Below, one piece after another: positions 13,540-26,650 of a stretch of DNA of 62,859 nt. Made by a program: the position numbers and the translations under genes. Position 1 is the first letter of the stretch. Every line of letters starts with the position of its first letter. Below the pieces are notes generated by a model. It worked only from the letters and a program-made list of their open reading frames with translations, ran no database searches and had not been told where the DNA came from. The stretch lies in assembly GCF_006345805.1 (NCBI RefSeq), contig NW_021834711.1, forward strand, positions 1 through 62,859, in the 5' to 3' direction. Source of the stretch: Octopus sinensis (taxonomy: Eukaryota).

Positions 13540-13633
13540 CGATACATTGAAGGTGATAAAAGTGTGAACATGTGAAACTAATTGAATAAAATACCATTGC
13601 AAACTACCGGTTTCTTTCGGGTACCCCCTCGTA
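13540..13633 (+). mobile_element. Mariner 3'-end remnant
   Basis: tacattgaaggtgataaa...tttcgggtaccccctcgTA, the same end as the copy at 52163-52988. Confidence 0.6.
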
Positions 13634-13894
13634 TTTATATATATGATACTTGCAAAAAGCTTCGTGAAATAAATTATAGCAGAGGGTAGAATTAATTTAA
13701 TTTTAGCCTTTTAAACATTCCTTTTATCTTTTATCTTTCATTTGTTTCAGGCATGGCATTGCGGCCATGCTGGGGTCACTTCCTTCAGAGGTTTAATCGA
13801 TAAAGTAGTACGTCGTAATTATTTTAAAGTTTGATACTTACTCTATTGGTTACTTTTGCCGAACCGTTAATCACTGGTGGTGGCGGGACAAACA

Positions 13895-13925
<31 letters not shown>

Positions 13926-13987
13926 CACACACACAAGCGCATAGAGAGATGTCTGTCTGTCTATCTATTTATCTGAATCTATCTATC

Positions 13988-14051
<64 letters not shown>

Positions 14052-14428
14052 CCTATCTGTCGGTCTGTCTATCTATCTATTCTATCTATCTATCTATCTA
14101 TCCTCTGTCTATGACTTGCTGTCACTTCGACTCCGAAGGTAATCATTTATTTTGACTATTTATAGCTCAATTTTGTGAACATTTTTGTAAATAAGTTGTA
14201 AGGCACCCAACTTTCGTTTGAGTGCTTTTCCAAGGGAGGAATTCGCCCCTAGGGGCAGTTTCACCCCATTTCATTTCTGTAATTTTCTTCTAGACATTAG
14301 AAAATGTCTAGAAATTTTATTGTAGAACGCCGGTCGCGTTCTTTTATTGACCAGCATTTTCTTAGTTTGGAAACATAGGAGAAAAAAAGAACGTCCGCGC
14401 GCTAAGTGCAAATATAAATATCGGTGAA

Positions 14429-16203
14429 ATGAACGCTGCAACCACGTGCGATAACAGCCCTGTCACCACCGCCACCACCACCACTAACAACAGCAACCAC
14501 GAGACTACTACTGCTACCACCACCACCTCCACCACCACCACCTCCACCACCACCACCACCACCACCACTACCACGACCAACATAAATGATAAAAATAAAA
14601 CTCGCACGAAAACTATTGACAAAAACAACAGCAACAACAAGAACAACAATAAAAATGAACTATCTAATAGTGAAGATGTTAATACAAAAAAATCAACAAC
14701 AGTAAATTTCGCGGACACTCTTCGCCAGAAGAAAGAATTGTAACATTCACAAATGAAGAGCTCATAGAAACTAGAGCTCTCTTTACAACCCGTGGACAAG
14801 ATTTAGTGCTGCATACACCTCAACATATAAAGCAAGAAATAGAAAATAAGACAATTGTATATAAAATTATTAGAAAAAACAAAAAACTAAATGAACAGAT
14901 TACAAAAACTGATGTGGAAAAATGTTTAAAAAACATAATGAAAGAAAAAGAGTATATAAACTGGGGTCCCCAGTTTAACACAGTAGTGGTCCTCTTCCCT
15001 AACCAGGAAGTGGCAGAAGCTCACTCTACTGAGTCTCTGGGAAATGATGAAATCATCATGGTCCCATACTACAAAAACCAGAGAGTGAGTCGAATCACAA
15101 TTAAAAATGTACCTCCCGAACTTCCTAACAAATGGATAACAGGGGCAATCTGTTACCATTTAAAAAATATTAATATTTTGGAGACCGCCGTGTACGCTGG
15201 CGACATTTGGGGTGGGAAGACAATAGTGATGACCATCCAGATTGAGGGGGCCTCTATCGAGAGCCTACCGGATAAGATCCACTTGGAGAATGGGCAATGC
15301 CTATATGTTGTGGCAGAAGGCAAAAAGCCTAGATGCTACAAATGTGGCAGCCCCGAACATTTGATTGCCAAGTGCGATCTGGTACAGAAAAAACAAGAAA
15401 GAACAAATCAGAAAACAAATAAAATCCCTTTGTTGCCAACAACCAACACCAACACACTCAATTATGGAACAATGCAAGAAAAACAAACAACCAACGAACA
15501 AACCGCCACAACATCACCAAGAAAAGAAACAGTACCAACACAATCACCGTTGACTTCACAACCAATTAAACCTGTTGAATTAACAAAAAATAGACCCACA
15601 TCCACACCCAGGACGACAATTAAAAAGACAGAAAACACTGACGAGAAGACAAATGCTACCAATAACACCACAACAACACAAACACCGCACAAAACATCAA
15701 CAATTTATACAAGCATACATAGTAATGCAAATGTTTTGCCTCTACCCCATACTGATACGTCGGACGACGAAAGTTCGACGGAATGGCAAATAGCCACAGG
15801 AGGTAAAAGAAAAAGATCAAAAAAACCCACCAAACAAGGAAGTAAAGCAGGGAGATATCTAACTCAGGACAACACCCCCCTAGACAATCAAAAAAGTAAT
15901 GAACCCGTAAAACCACACACACAACTAACTGCAATAGACACAGACAATAAAGAATTAATGGACTACATCAAATCTAACATGGTCATCTGTGAAGATGACT
16001 TTAAGACAAACAATCATCCGCACACCACACCACCGAAACACATCAGAATTTTACACATAACACAAGCACAACACCACATACTGAAAACAATATTTCCGAA
16101 TGCGGTAGGCGGGTATCAACGATACCTGTCGAAAAAACTATACAAACACCTCATCAAAAACAATAAAAAGAAGAAGAAGAAAAAAATGAAACTTTTAAAA
16201 TGA
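14429..16203 (+). pseudogene. Tx1-type ORF1 (gag-like zinc knuckle), frameshifted between 14743 and 14806
   Basis: RITIKNVPPEL and the CCHC knuckle RCYKCGSPEHLIAKC; Thr/Asn-rich low-complexity flanks. Confidence 0.8.
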
Positions 16204-16277
16204 GTAAGTGACCTCACTTCTTGCCTCTTGTCTCTTCTAATATAGTGTGTAAAACACAATTTTCGTAAATGTCAAGT

Positions 16278-19200
16278 ATGCTTAAATTAGGTTGTGTGAA
16301 TGCGCGTGGCTTGGCGTCGGCTTGGAAGCAAGGTTACCTCTAAACGACATCAAGTCACTGGACGTGGATATAGTAGCTATCAGTGAAACCAGACTCAGTA
16401 AGCCGCGGGCCCTCGAGTCCATGTTTGGCAATCAATTTGACATTTATTTTTCTCCCTGTCTGCCGAACATGGGTGGTGGAGGTACTGCGGTGCTTTTTCG
16501 AAAGAGTCTAAAGGTAAAAGTAAGAGCAATATTCCTAGACCCGGAGGGTAGGCTGGTTGTCTTGGACGTGGATGGCAGAAATGGGTGTGCATTCCGTCTG
16601 ATGGCAGTTTATGCACCGTCCTTAACGGGTCGGGCGGATTTCTTCAGACGTCTAGAGGTTTTCCTGGGTACGTCTAGACCTTTACTGTTAGTAGGGGATT
16701 GGAACGCTACCTTGGACACGCATCTAGATTATGTGGGAAGGGATAGGAATAGAAGGGGGTGTAAGAGCCTCAAGAACCTGCTCAGACGTTTCCATTTGTC
16801 TGACAGGTTCCGACTCGACCATCCGAACGTGCCAACGTGGATTGGACAACGCGTCGGATCGTCGAGATCTTATCTAGATAAATTCTATGCAGGACAGCGG
16901 ATAGGGATAGTGTAGGATGTCCACAATTTAAAATAGTCAGCTACACAGATCACAAATTTGTTACGTGTACCCTCGACTTAGATAAAACACATAGGCAGGG
17001 TCCCGGTTACTGGAAACTGAACAAGTCGCTGTTAGCGCGACAGGTTTACAGGAACCGGATTAACGAGTTAATTAAGAGGGCGCTGACGGGAGCGGTCGTT
17101 AACAACCGCTGGTGGTACGCCCTGAAAATGGCAATAAAATCGGAATCAATTAGGTTTAGCAAGGAATTAGCGATAGAACGAAATAGAGTAGAGGGAGACT
17201 TAGTTAAGAAACTAGAAGAGGCACTTACCACTGGCAGCGCAACCAACGTGCTGCTGCGAGGATGGCCCTCGACCAACACCTCAACGCCCAGCACGAAGGT
17301 TGCGTCGTCAGAGCTAAAATGCGTGCCTTAAGGAACGAAGGGATTGAAGCTGCGCGAGAGACCCGGTAGCGGAGGCGCAGCGTGGCAACAGATCAACCAT
17401 TCGGTCTCTAATAGATCAACAGGGATGCAGTTTACTCGAACCCGAAAGGATGTGTGAGGCCTTTCGACAGCACTTGCTCGACTGTTTGGTGCGAGTGGTG
17501 GGTCGAAACGCGGGATGGATTTCAGTGCCTACCTGACCGACCTGCCGCGGCTCTCGGCAAGAGAAGCGGAGTGTTGTGAAAGTCCCATCACAGCCGCTGA
17601 CGTGTTGGATGCGATGGCGGGCTGCGCGAGGGATAAGTCGCCTGGATTGGATGGTTTACCCTACGAGCTGTATTATCGAATGCCAGACTTGTTTGGCGAC
17701 CTCTTGGCATCAGTCTACTGCAACTGGCAACAAAACGGGAGAATCCCCGGTTTCGTGAGCCGAGGTGCAGTGACGTTGCTGAAGAAAGACTCAAACAAAG
17801 GGAATTTTATAGATAATTTCAGGCCCATCACTCTGCTGAACGCAGATTTGAAAATTTTGGCCAAAGTAATAGCCGAGAGGTTGGCGCTTGTCATTGGTAA
17901 ACTGGTCGACAGGGCGCAAACATTCGCCGTGCCGGGCAGAACCATACATGACAACCTCCATCTGATGCGCTACATTATGGACAGGGTAGTTAAGGATCCT
18001 GGCATGGGTGGGGCGCTGATAAATTTGGATCAGTCTAAAGCCTTCGATAGGGTCGACCATCGGTACTTGGCGGCCGTCCTCAGGGCGGCTGGCTTCGGTC
18101 CCGTCTTCCGCGGTTGGACCGTTTGACATCACGCGTTCGGTCCGTCAGGGGTGTCCCCTGTCGGCGCTTCTGTATGTATTGACTCTCGAGCCGCTACTGC
18201 GGAAGCTGGCGACACTGAGGGGCATCCCACGGGAACTGGGTTGCGGGACGAGCGTGTCGGCATATGCGGTCGATGTCACCGTCATAGTGTCGAGCGACAA
18301 ACATCAAGATGATAGGCGAGACACTAAGAAAATATGAAACGGTGACGGGAGCAAAGATTAACCCGGAAAAGTCAGTGGGTTTGCTACTCGGCACCTGGAG
18401 AAGCAAGCCCATGCCGTCCGACTGCGGCTCAGTAGTGGGACGCTGGACGGACGGACCGGTTAAATTGCTCGGGGTCTGGTTCAGTCCGGACCTCCAAATG
18501 GATAAGAATTGGGACGAGATCACGAGTAGAGTGGTCGCTCTCAGCCAAACATGGGCCGAGAGAAAGCTGTCTCTAAAAGGCCGGGCGGAGGTGGCGAACG
18601 CGTACATCGCATCCGTCATCGATTACCGCCTGACCGTCGTACCTTGTCCCGATGCCACCATCACCAAACTGGAACGCATACTCTTCCGCTTCCTGTGGAA
18701 GGGTGGCGTTCCGATGGTGAGGAAGTCCATTTGCTGTCAACATCCGTTGAATGGAGGACTGGGCATGCCGTGGTTGATGATGCGCAGGCATGCGCTGAGT
18801 CTGCGACATCTCTGGAAATTCATCGACGACGGTGAACAGGTGTGGGCGCCGTTTGTGAGGCCCGACTTCCCGCAGCTCGTCTCACTGACCGAACTGCAAA
18901 CGTGGATCAAAAAGAGACCGAAACTGGGCGATTGGCACCGAGAGTGTCGCCAAGCTCTACAGCAGCTCTGCCGACCGGGGTCAAACTTGTGCAACTTACA
19001 AACGACTAAAGCGTTCTATAGAGAACTAGTGGAGGGGAGGTCCGACGACACACTCGGGGCAAACCTGGGCGTCGACGAAGAATTCCTAACCCGCCTGTTC
19101 AGGTCGACGTTCGGGCCGGGGCCTATGGATAACTTTCAGAAATCCCTGGCTTGGCAGTGCTATCGAGACGCACTACCTGTTCGAGAGAAGAGCTACAGAC

Positions 19201-19649
19201 ACGGTTCGAAAACCATCACCGGACCGACCTGCCCGGGATGCGGTCAGAGCGACGAAACCGTTCTGCACGCACTCGTGCAGTGTCCAGATATTTCAGAGCT
19301 GTGGTCCTTCGTCGAACAGCTGTTGTCACGTGTAGGTCAGGCTCGCCTATCAGCCGAGTCTATCGTGAATATTATTCCACCACCTTCCTTTAAACGGGAA
19401 GGGAAAACGGTTTTCGTTACGTTGATGGCTATGGCGAAAGAATGTGTGTGGTGGACTCGTTTGAAAGGACTGCAAACAAACACCTTCCTCTCTGGTCAGT
19501 CTCTCGTCAACTTTTTCAAGTACCACTTGAAAAGCAGGATGAGAATAGAGAGGAAGGCTTTGTCGAACGAATGTTTTAATAAAAATTGGGTAAAAGTGGC
19601 AAAAATGGTCAGTATGAAAGACGACACTATTTTAAGCATAAATCTGTAA
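16278..19649 (+). pseudogene. Tx1-type ORF2 (APE endonuclease, reverse transcriptase, zf-RVT), frameshifted
   Basis: DIVAISET, VYAP, LLVGDWN, YTDH, GYWKLNKSLL, KSPGLDGLP, NFRPITLLNADLKILAK, LDQSKAFDRVDH, VRQGCPLS, YAVD (mutated YADD) and CPGCGQSDETVLHALVQC. Confidence 0.92.
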
Positions 19650-19944
19650 CCAAAAGAGACAACGAGAAGTAAGGCGACTTACTCATGTGTTCTTTTTCGA
19701 ATTGCCTGAGGTGACCTTGGTCTTTTTTGTAGGTTTTTCTTTCCAAGGCTACACCTAAACTGTGAACCTTATATATATATATATATATATATTGCTTTTT
19801 ATACACCACACAACCCACAGATCCCTATTGATCAAACGTTTTTTTTTTTTTTCCCCACCCATCCCACCTCGAAAAGAAAAAATTCTACATCGTATTTCGT
19901 CCATTTTTATTCTGTGTTTAGCCCTGTGTGGCTACAATAAAAAG

Positions 19945-20021
<77 letters not shown>

Positions 20022-20058
20022 CCTCTCTATCTACCTATCTATCTGTCTGTCTATCTGA

Positions 20059-20090
<32 letters not shown>

Positions 20091-21134
20091 GTCTGTCTGT
20101 CTGTCTGACTGTCTGTCTGTCTGTCTATGTGTCTGTCTATCTAATTGTCTGTTTGTCTGTATTCTGTCTATATGAATCTATCTTTCTAACTATCTATCTA
20201 TCTATCTCCCTCTCTCTTTATATATATATTGATGGATAGAACTTAACAGTGCGGCAAAAGGGATTGATAGAATAAGTTGTAGGTTTGCCAAAATAAGAAA
20301 TGCAGTCAATTCGTTTGGTTAAAATTCTTCAAGGCGGTGCCCCAGCATGGCCGCAGTCTCATGACTGAAACAAGTAACGCACAACACACACACACACACA
20401 CACATACACACACACACAACACACAATACACACGACAGACTTCTACAGTGTCCGTCTACTAAATTCATTCACATTGTTCAGCCCGGACCTATAGTAGATG
20501 ACACTTCCTCAAGATCTCATGCAGTGGAATTGAAACCGAAATTCTATGCTTGCAATGCCAACTTCTCAGCCACAAAGCCATGGGAATACATAGAACAAGT
20601 AACACATTTTAGAAAAAAACATATTCATGCAGTGTTTTTTCCATATGGGCACTCATTTTGCCGTGTCATTTTCAATAGACAAAGCGGCTAGAGAATTTAA
20701 GCGTTCTACTGTCGTTAAAGAGTTTAGCGGCATCCATACCATTACATACCATTTCCCTGTCAATCAACGCAGTCCAACCCACTTTTTTTAAAGAATAACC
20801 CCCACCCAAAACCATGATGATATACCAGGGTTCAAAAGTCAGTTTGAAGTGTTTTTCATCTTGATTTTGTCAATAATTACTGAGGACTCAACGGGCGTAG
20901 TTATCTCAACAAAGTTAATCTGAATGTATAGTGTATATAATACTTCATTTTTATTGAGACCTCTCCACAATGAGGTCAGACATCGCAATGTCAAACTATT
21001 TAAGGTCTTTGCGTAGCTGGTACTCATCATCCGCCTCATACTTAAATCAATAGTGCGAGAATTTCTGCTCACTAGTTCTCAGCTTCTCTCTGATATTTAC
21101 AATCTTCCTTTTTATTCATCGCCATTACGTTTCT

Positions 21135-21343
21135 AAGCCACTTAAGAAACACACAAAAGCCGTTCGATTCACTTCAATATTTAAGTTTAAACTTAAAATT
21201 AAAATTAAACTTAGATGTTGAAGTGAATCGAATGGCTTTTGTGTGTTTCTTAGATGGCTTACAAACACCTTCCACGCTGCAATTGTTTTCGTTTCAGCAC
21301 ACGATCTCAGATCAAATCACTTGCTATGCAAGTACATCTCCGT
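21135..21343. mobile_element. Short insertion: ~55-bp inverted arms plus a one-sided extension, with a 12-bp TSD
   Basis: Arms at ~21134-21190 and ~21205-21261. The TSD cattacgtttct occurs at 21123-21134 and 21344-21355. Confidence 0.8.
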
Positions 21344-21646
21344 CATTACGTTTCTGCTTTTCTTTTTCGTGCATCATGTTCCCGATTCTGATTTACTTGT
21401 CAATGAAGTCTGTAGTAGACAAACAGATCTTATCAAATCTCCTACACTTGACTCAGCGAAACATCAGCACCACAATTGCTACGAATATATTAGAGTATCG
21501 CTGGTGGGGGGGGGGGAGACTTCCAAAATCAAAAAGAAGCAAAACGAAGCAATAAAAAACAGCATCAAGACTATGAAACCCTGTGGATCAACAATCGAAG
21601 CATTCATTAAAGAAATGGGGCGGTGGCCATACTGGAGGAGGCCAAG

Positions 21647-21914
21647 CATTGCTGGATCTTCATAATAGTCTGAAAACCCACCGATATCATCCGAATCATC
21701 GTCGACGTCGTCGTCGTCATTATGATCATCATCAGCATCAACATCATTGCTGGATTATCATAATAGTATCAAAATCCCGGATATCACGCTAATCCTCATC
21801 ATCATCACCCTCGCCATCGTCGTCGTCGTCGCTGTCTTCATCATCATCATCATCATCGTCGTCGTCGTCGTCGTCACCGTCGTCGTCATCATCATCATCG
21901 TCGTCGTCGTCGTC

Positions 21915-21963
<49 letters not shown>

Positions 21964-21979
21964 CCACCACCATCATCAT

Positions 21980-22037
<58 letters not shown>

Positions 22038-22064
22038 GCCATCGTCGTCGTCGTCGTCGTCGTC

Positions 22065-22095
<31 letters not shown>

Positions 22096-22240
22096 ACGCC
22101 ATTGCTGGATAATCATAATAGTATAAAAACCGCGGAAATTCATTCTAATCGTCGTCATCGTCACCACCACCACCACCACCGCCGCCGCCGCCGCCGCCGC
22201 CGCCGTCGTCATCATCATCATCGTCGTCGTCGTCGTAATG
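21647..22240. repeat. Three copies of a ~50-bp motif separated by expanded (CAT)/(CGT) tracts
   Basis: cattgctggat..tcataatagt.t.aaaa.cc..g.a.atca...aatc at 21647, 21745 and 22100. Confidence 0.8.
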
Positions 22241-22683
22241 AATTTCGTCGTCTCTGTATTTCCCATTCAGCATTATAAGTTCCACGAAATGACGATGTTT
22301 CTAGAATTTTCCTCCGGTAACGTCAACGTTTCAAAATACTGTGTAGGCTGAAGAAATCATTGTTCTCTCTCTCTCTATCTCTCTTTCTCACTGTTGCCGC
22401 CGCCGCCGCCACCACCGCCACCGCCATCGCCATCGCTTCCGCCACCGCTGCCTCCACTGCCGCATACGCCACTGCCTACACCGCCTCCTAAGCCACCGCG
22501 CGCCGCTGTTGCTGCTGATACTACTACTACTACTACTACTACTACTTATAGCATTATTAAAAAATATATTACCTTAGGAAGCATATTTACGTTTAGGTTT
22601 ATCATCATAATCACCATCATTATCATTATTATTGTTATTAACATTATTATTATTATCATTATTATTATTATTGCTGTTATTAA

Positions 22684-22731
<48 letters not shown>

Positions 22732-24396
22732 CATTATTATTATTATTATTGTTGTTGTTGTTGTTGTTATTATTATAGTTCTTGTTGCTGTCGTTGTTTT
22801 TGTCGTGTTTTATTTAATACATTTATATCCGTTATTGCTTTACACGGAATTGAGTAGATATAAACGGCTGCACCTCCCACGCACAAACACTCATACACAC
22901 ACATACATTTATATATGTTGCCTGCATATATGTGTGTGCGTGTATGTATATATGTTTATATGTGTATATGCATATGTATAAACACAGACACACACACATA
23001 TATACGTATACGTATATATATATATATATATTCATACACACACATTTAACACACACACAAGCAACGTACAAACACATACACATGTACATGCAAAGACATC
23101 CACACGCAAATAGATACAAATACACTTACTAACATGCTTACATTCTACAAGCAGAGAGAGGGGGGAGAGGGGGATAGAGAGAGGAAGGGAGAATCAGAGG
23201 TAGAGAGAGGAGGGAGGGAGATGAGGATTCGAAGCAACAAAGAGAAGTGATGAAGCCTTGAAAATTTTAGATAAAACCATGTTTTAGCTATTTGATTTAC
23301 TTCCGTGATAAATTCGATGAGTGACGTAATTTCCCCTCTCCCCTCCCTCCGATGCTATCCTTATATGGTAAAAAATATTATCTTATGCTGCAGGATGCAT
23401 GTTCATCCTGGTTCTTCATATCAATGCCTTACCAAAAATACAAGCTCGTTTTAGAAGTATATTTGGTGTGTTAAAATTTGAACTTTTATTATAAGTGGAT
23501 GTTTCTCTGTGGATTAGTCCTTGCTAGAAACATGCAGAACAAAGTACATATAGCATGATAGCCACATGGTAAAATCAATGCATTGGGCCCTAAAGTGTTT
23601 CTTTACAGATAGCAAGCCACGGTATACATAGATCAGAATTGCTACTTTAAAACCGTGGAGCTTTCGGACTATTTGGCTCACTCGGATGCGCGTGGAGCAA
23701 TGTTAGCGTTGATATGTGGATTAGATTCTGGCCTGGGTTAGCTCATTATTTTTCAGTCAAATGTTTATATAAAAGATGTCGCTTTAAATAGGAGTATATA
23801 TAAATGTTATAATCATTATATATTATTATATAGTTATTATTGTATGTATTCTTTTATTCTTTTATTTGTTTCAGTCATATGACTGCGGCCATGCTGGAGC
23901 ACTGATTTGTATATAGACACACACACACACACATATTCTTAGTTGGAAATGGATTCATGGCGTTCAATTAAATAATAAGATAAATAATCTATATATGGAT
24001 TTATGGATGGTCAAATTTGTGAACAAAAACATGACATTGGAGACATACAAGGAAACCGAATGAAAACAAACATGGAGAATCGTTAGACCAGAACGAGAGG
24101 AAAATAGTGAACACTGGGAGAAATTATTTTCTTTGAAGCATTTCGTCCAGTGCGCTAACAATTCTGTCAGCTCGCCGCCTTTAATACTTTCAAATTTTGC
24201 ACTAATTTTGCAACAGTTTTGAGGGAAAGGATTAGTCGCTTACATTGGCCCCAGTGCGTAACTGGCCCTTAATTTATCGGCCCAGAGAAGATGAAAGCAG
24301 AGTCGACCACCGCAGAATTTGAACTCAGACCGTAATAACGGGACGGGATACCGCTAAGCATTTTGCCAGGTGTGGTAACGATTCTTGAAGCTCACC

Positions 24397-24429
<33 letters not shown>

Positions 24430-24430
24430 T

Positions 24431-24468
<38 letters not shown>

Positions 24469-24469
24469 T

Positions 24470-25016
24470 TCCCTGATGCAGTTCCAGGCAGTGGCTCCCA
24501 TGGCTTCTGACCTTAACTCATTGGAAGTGTTATCATGTACATTGTTTTGTCTTGGTATAAAAGATGGGCCACAGCAAATATTCTGCTCAATACCACAGAT
24601 TTGCTTGTCAGTTGTTTGACCTTAACCAGTTAAGCATGTTCCTTAGTAGCTGACGATATGTGCATCTCTGATCACGAGCAGAGGTAGTCGGGGAGCATCA
24701 TAGCCATGTGTTGAAAGAAATTCTTTGGGATTTGAATAATTCACCTCTGGAAACATGGGTGTTTCGTTCAACATCCTTAAACAACCTTTATTCAGGAACC
24801 ATTTTCAGCAGGATGGGCTTCTAGACCTGAATAAAATTCTGACAGGGTTCCCTCTGCAAGGTCATGCGCTGTTTATCTTGATATGAGATCACCATGTCGC
24901 GCACATATGGTTGTGATGCATGTGGCCGGTGTACCCTTATTAGACGAATAGCCTGATACTGGGCTTTGTATACTTTACCCCAGTGTCACTTTGATGACTT
25001 GCACTGCTCTTCTACT

Positions 25017-25020
<4 letters not shown>
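24470..25020. repeat. ~550-bp complex sequence embedded in (AAT)n; probable interspersed repeat insertion
   Basis: Complex sequence bounded on both sides by long (AAT)n tracts; no ORF. Confidence 0.45.
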
Positions 25021-25081
<61 letters not shown>

Positions 25082-25104
25082 TTAATAATAATAATAATGA
25101 TAAT

Positions 25105-25275
25105 AATGGCGCAATGCCAGTAAGTTCGGGGGGGGGATAAATCGATTACAACGACCCCCAGTGTTCAACTGGTACTTATGTTATCGACCCCGAAAGGATG
25201 AAAGGCAAAGATGACCTTGGCGGAATTTGAACTCAGAACGTATGATGATGAACTCAGACGGATGAAATGCCGCAA
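25105..25275 (-). mobile_element. SINE family B fragment
   Basis: tcgaccccgaaaggatgaaaggcaaag...ggcggaatttgaactcagaacg. Confidence 0.75.
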
Positions 25276-25279
25276 AGTC

Positions 25280-25780
25280 GGTAGGTTGCGTCTAGAGGCA
25301 AGACTTTACCTTGGAAATAAGTTCATCATCATCCGAAAAGTGCTTCCCCTTCAACAAAGACTTCATGTTTGGAAAAAATTGGAGGTCAGATGGTGCGTGG
25401 TCGGTAGAGTAAGCGGGATGAAGAAGGATTTCATAGCCACAGGAGTGTGTTTTCATCTAGGCAACATGCGCATTGTGAACTGGGGCGTTGTCGTGGAGGG
25501 GGCGGATACCTTTGGTCAGCATGCCACACCTCTCTGTTTTAATGGAATTACTGTAGCAGAGAAGCAGAATATGTCCCGTTAATTGTGGTGCCCTTTGCTA
25601 GAAAATCCATCATCACTATTCTGCGCTGGTCCCAAAAGACTGAGCATCACCTAGCTTGTTGAGGGTTGGACACGAACCTTAATTGGAAGGTGGAGAGTTA
25701 TCGTGTTTCCATTGCTTCAACTGGACTTTAGTCCCAGGATTATAATGATGGACCCATGCTTCTTCCTAAGATGAAACTGG
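25280..25780 (-). mobile_element. Mariner transposase catalytic-domain remnant
   Basis: The - strand reads GYEILLHPAYSTDHAPSDLQFFPNMKSLL, a YSPDLAPSD-like motif. Confidence 0.7.
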
Positions 25781-25794
25781 GTGACATAACAAAT

Positions 25795-26650
25795 GTGTTC
25801 AGCGGCTAAACACATAACAGGTCTGATATAATAATTTGGGACTGCAAAATTGAATCATGTTTAGCCATAGAGGTTTGCTCCCTGTACATGTAAACAAATA
25901 TTCCAAACTGAACCATGAGAATATCGATGAGCAACTGCTTCGAAACCGGCAAATCCTCTACCTTGATTTTCAATTTACATTCATACCAGTAATTATTGAT
26001 GCTTTTGGTTATGTTAGCAAATGTCGAAGTGACAATTTACAATTTCAGGAAAACACGCTCTTCTCAGATGCAATCTGTAAGTGGAACAGAAAAATATGCA
26101 CGGCTTTTCTAAAATTCAACATACACATAACTTTTCGGCGATTCAATTTTGTTTCTTTCTTAGAAATTATCTCTGTTCTAATAAATAGTGTTATACGTAA
26201 GTAATACAGCACCAAAGTCAGTCACTTTGGCTTAATGGATCTGTTATCTTCTGCAAGCTGAAGCATACCAAGAATATCTCGCAAGTTTGAGAATATCAAG
26301 ACTTGATATAAATGCATCATATCTCACCTGGAGGGCTGCTTCTTTGCTCTTCAGGATCAAGAAATAACTGATCTACAACAGAGATAAAAATCTCGCTAAA
26401 GCTCAAGCCAAAATGTTCTTTACCCACAAGAGAGTTCAAGCAATATTGGAACCTCACATTGTGATACAAAATGTCGAATGTGCCATAACAGTGTGGAATA
26501 ATTCACTTACATTACCATCTGTTCAAAAGTGTTTTCAAGATTCTACTTTCCTGTCAGATATGACATTGTTGCTAAAATTATCTAAAATACTACCCACAAG
26601 AATGTCCTGCGAGTCATATCAAAGACACACTAGAATCCGAATGTATTCAC
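25795..26650 (+). mobile_element. R4/Dong-like (restriction-like endonuclease) non-LTR retrotransposon remnants
   Basis: HNRSDIIIWD...IEV...FIPVIIDAFGYV (RLE PD-(D/E)xK region) at ~25810-26020. SHLEGCFFALQDQEI and CDTKCRMCHNSVE...RYDIVAK (CCHC region) at ~26320-26580. Confidence 0.65.

Larger units (their letters stand above)
14112..19944 (+). mobile_element. Near full-length Tx1/L1-clade non-LTR retrotransposon (inactivated), flanked by (ATCT)n
   Basis: 5' UTR, ORF1 with a CCHC knuckle, ORF2 with APE, RT and zinc finger, and a 3' end ...gccctgtgtggctacaataaaaag. (ATCT)n lies at 13950-14100 and at 19945-20090. Confidence 0.92.

Noticed and set aside
20640-21080. hAT dimerisation-like (ERLNSLAALSIE) and Tc1-like peptides on the - strand
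   Set aside because: They are too short and degenerate to delimit an element by eye.
21647-22150. CRISPR-like repeat-spacer pattern
   Set aside because: The repeats are diverged, the spacers are microsatellites of very unequal length, the context is eukaryotic, and there are no cas genes.
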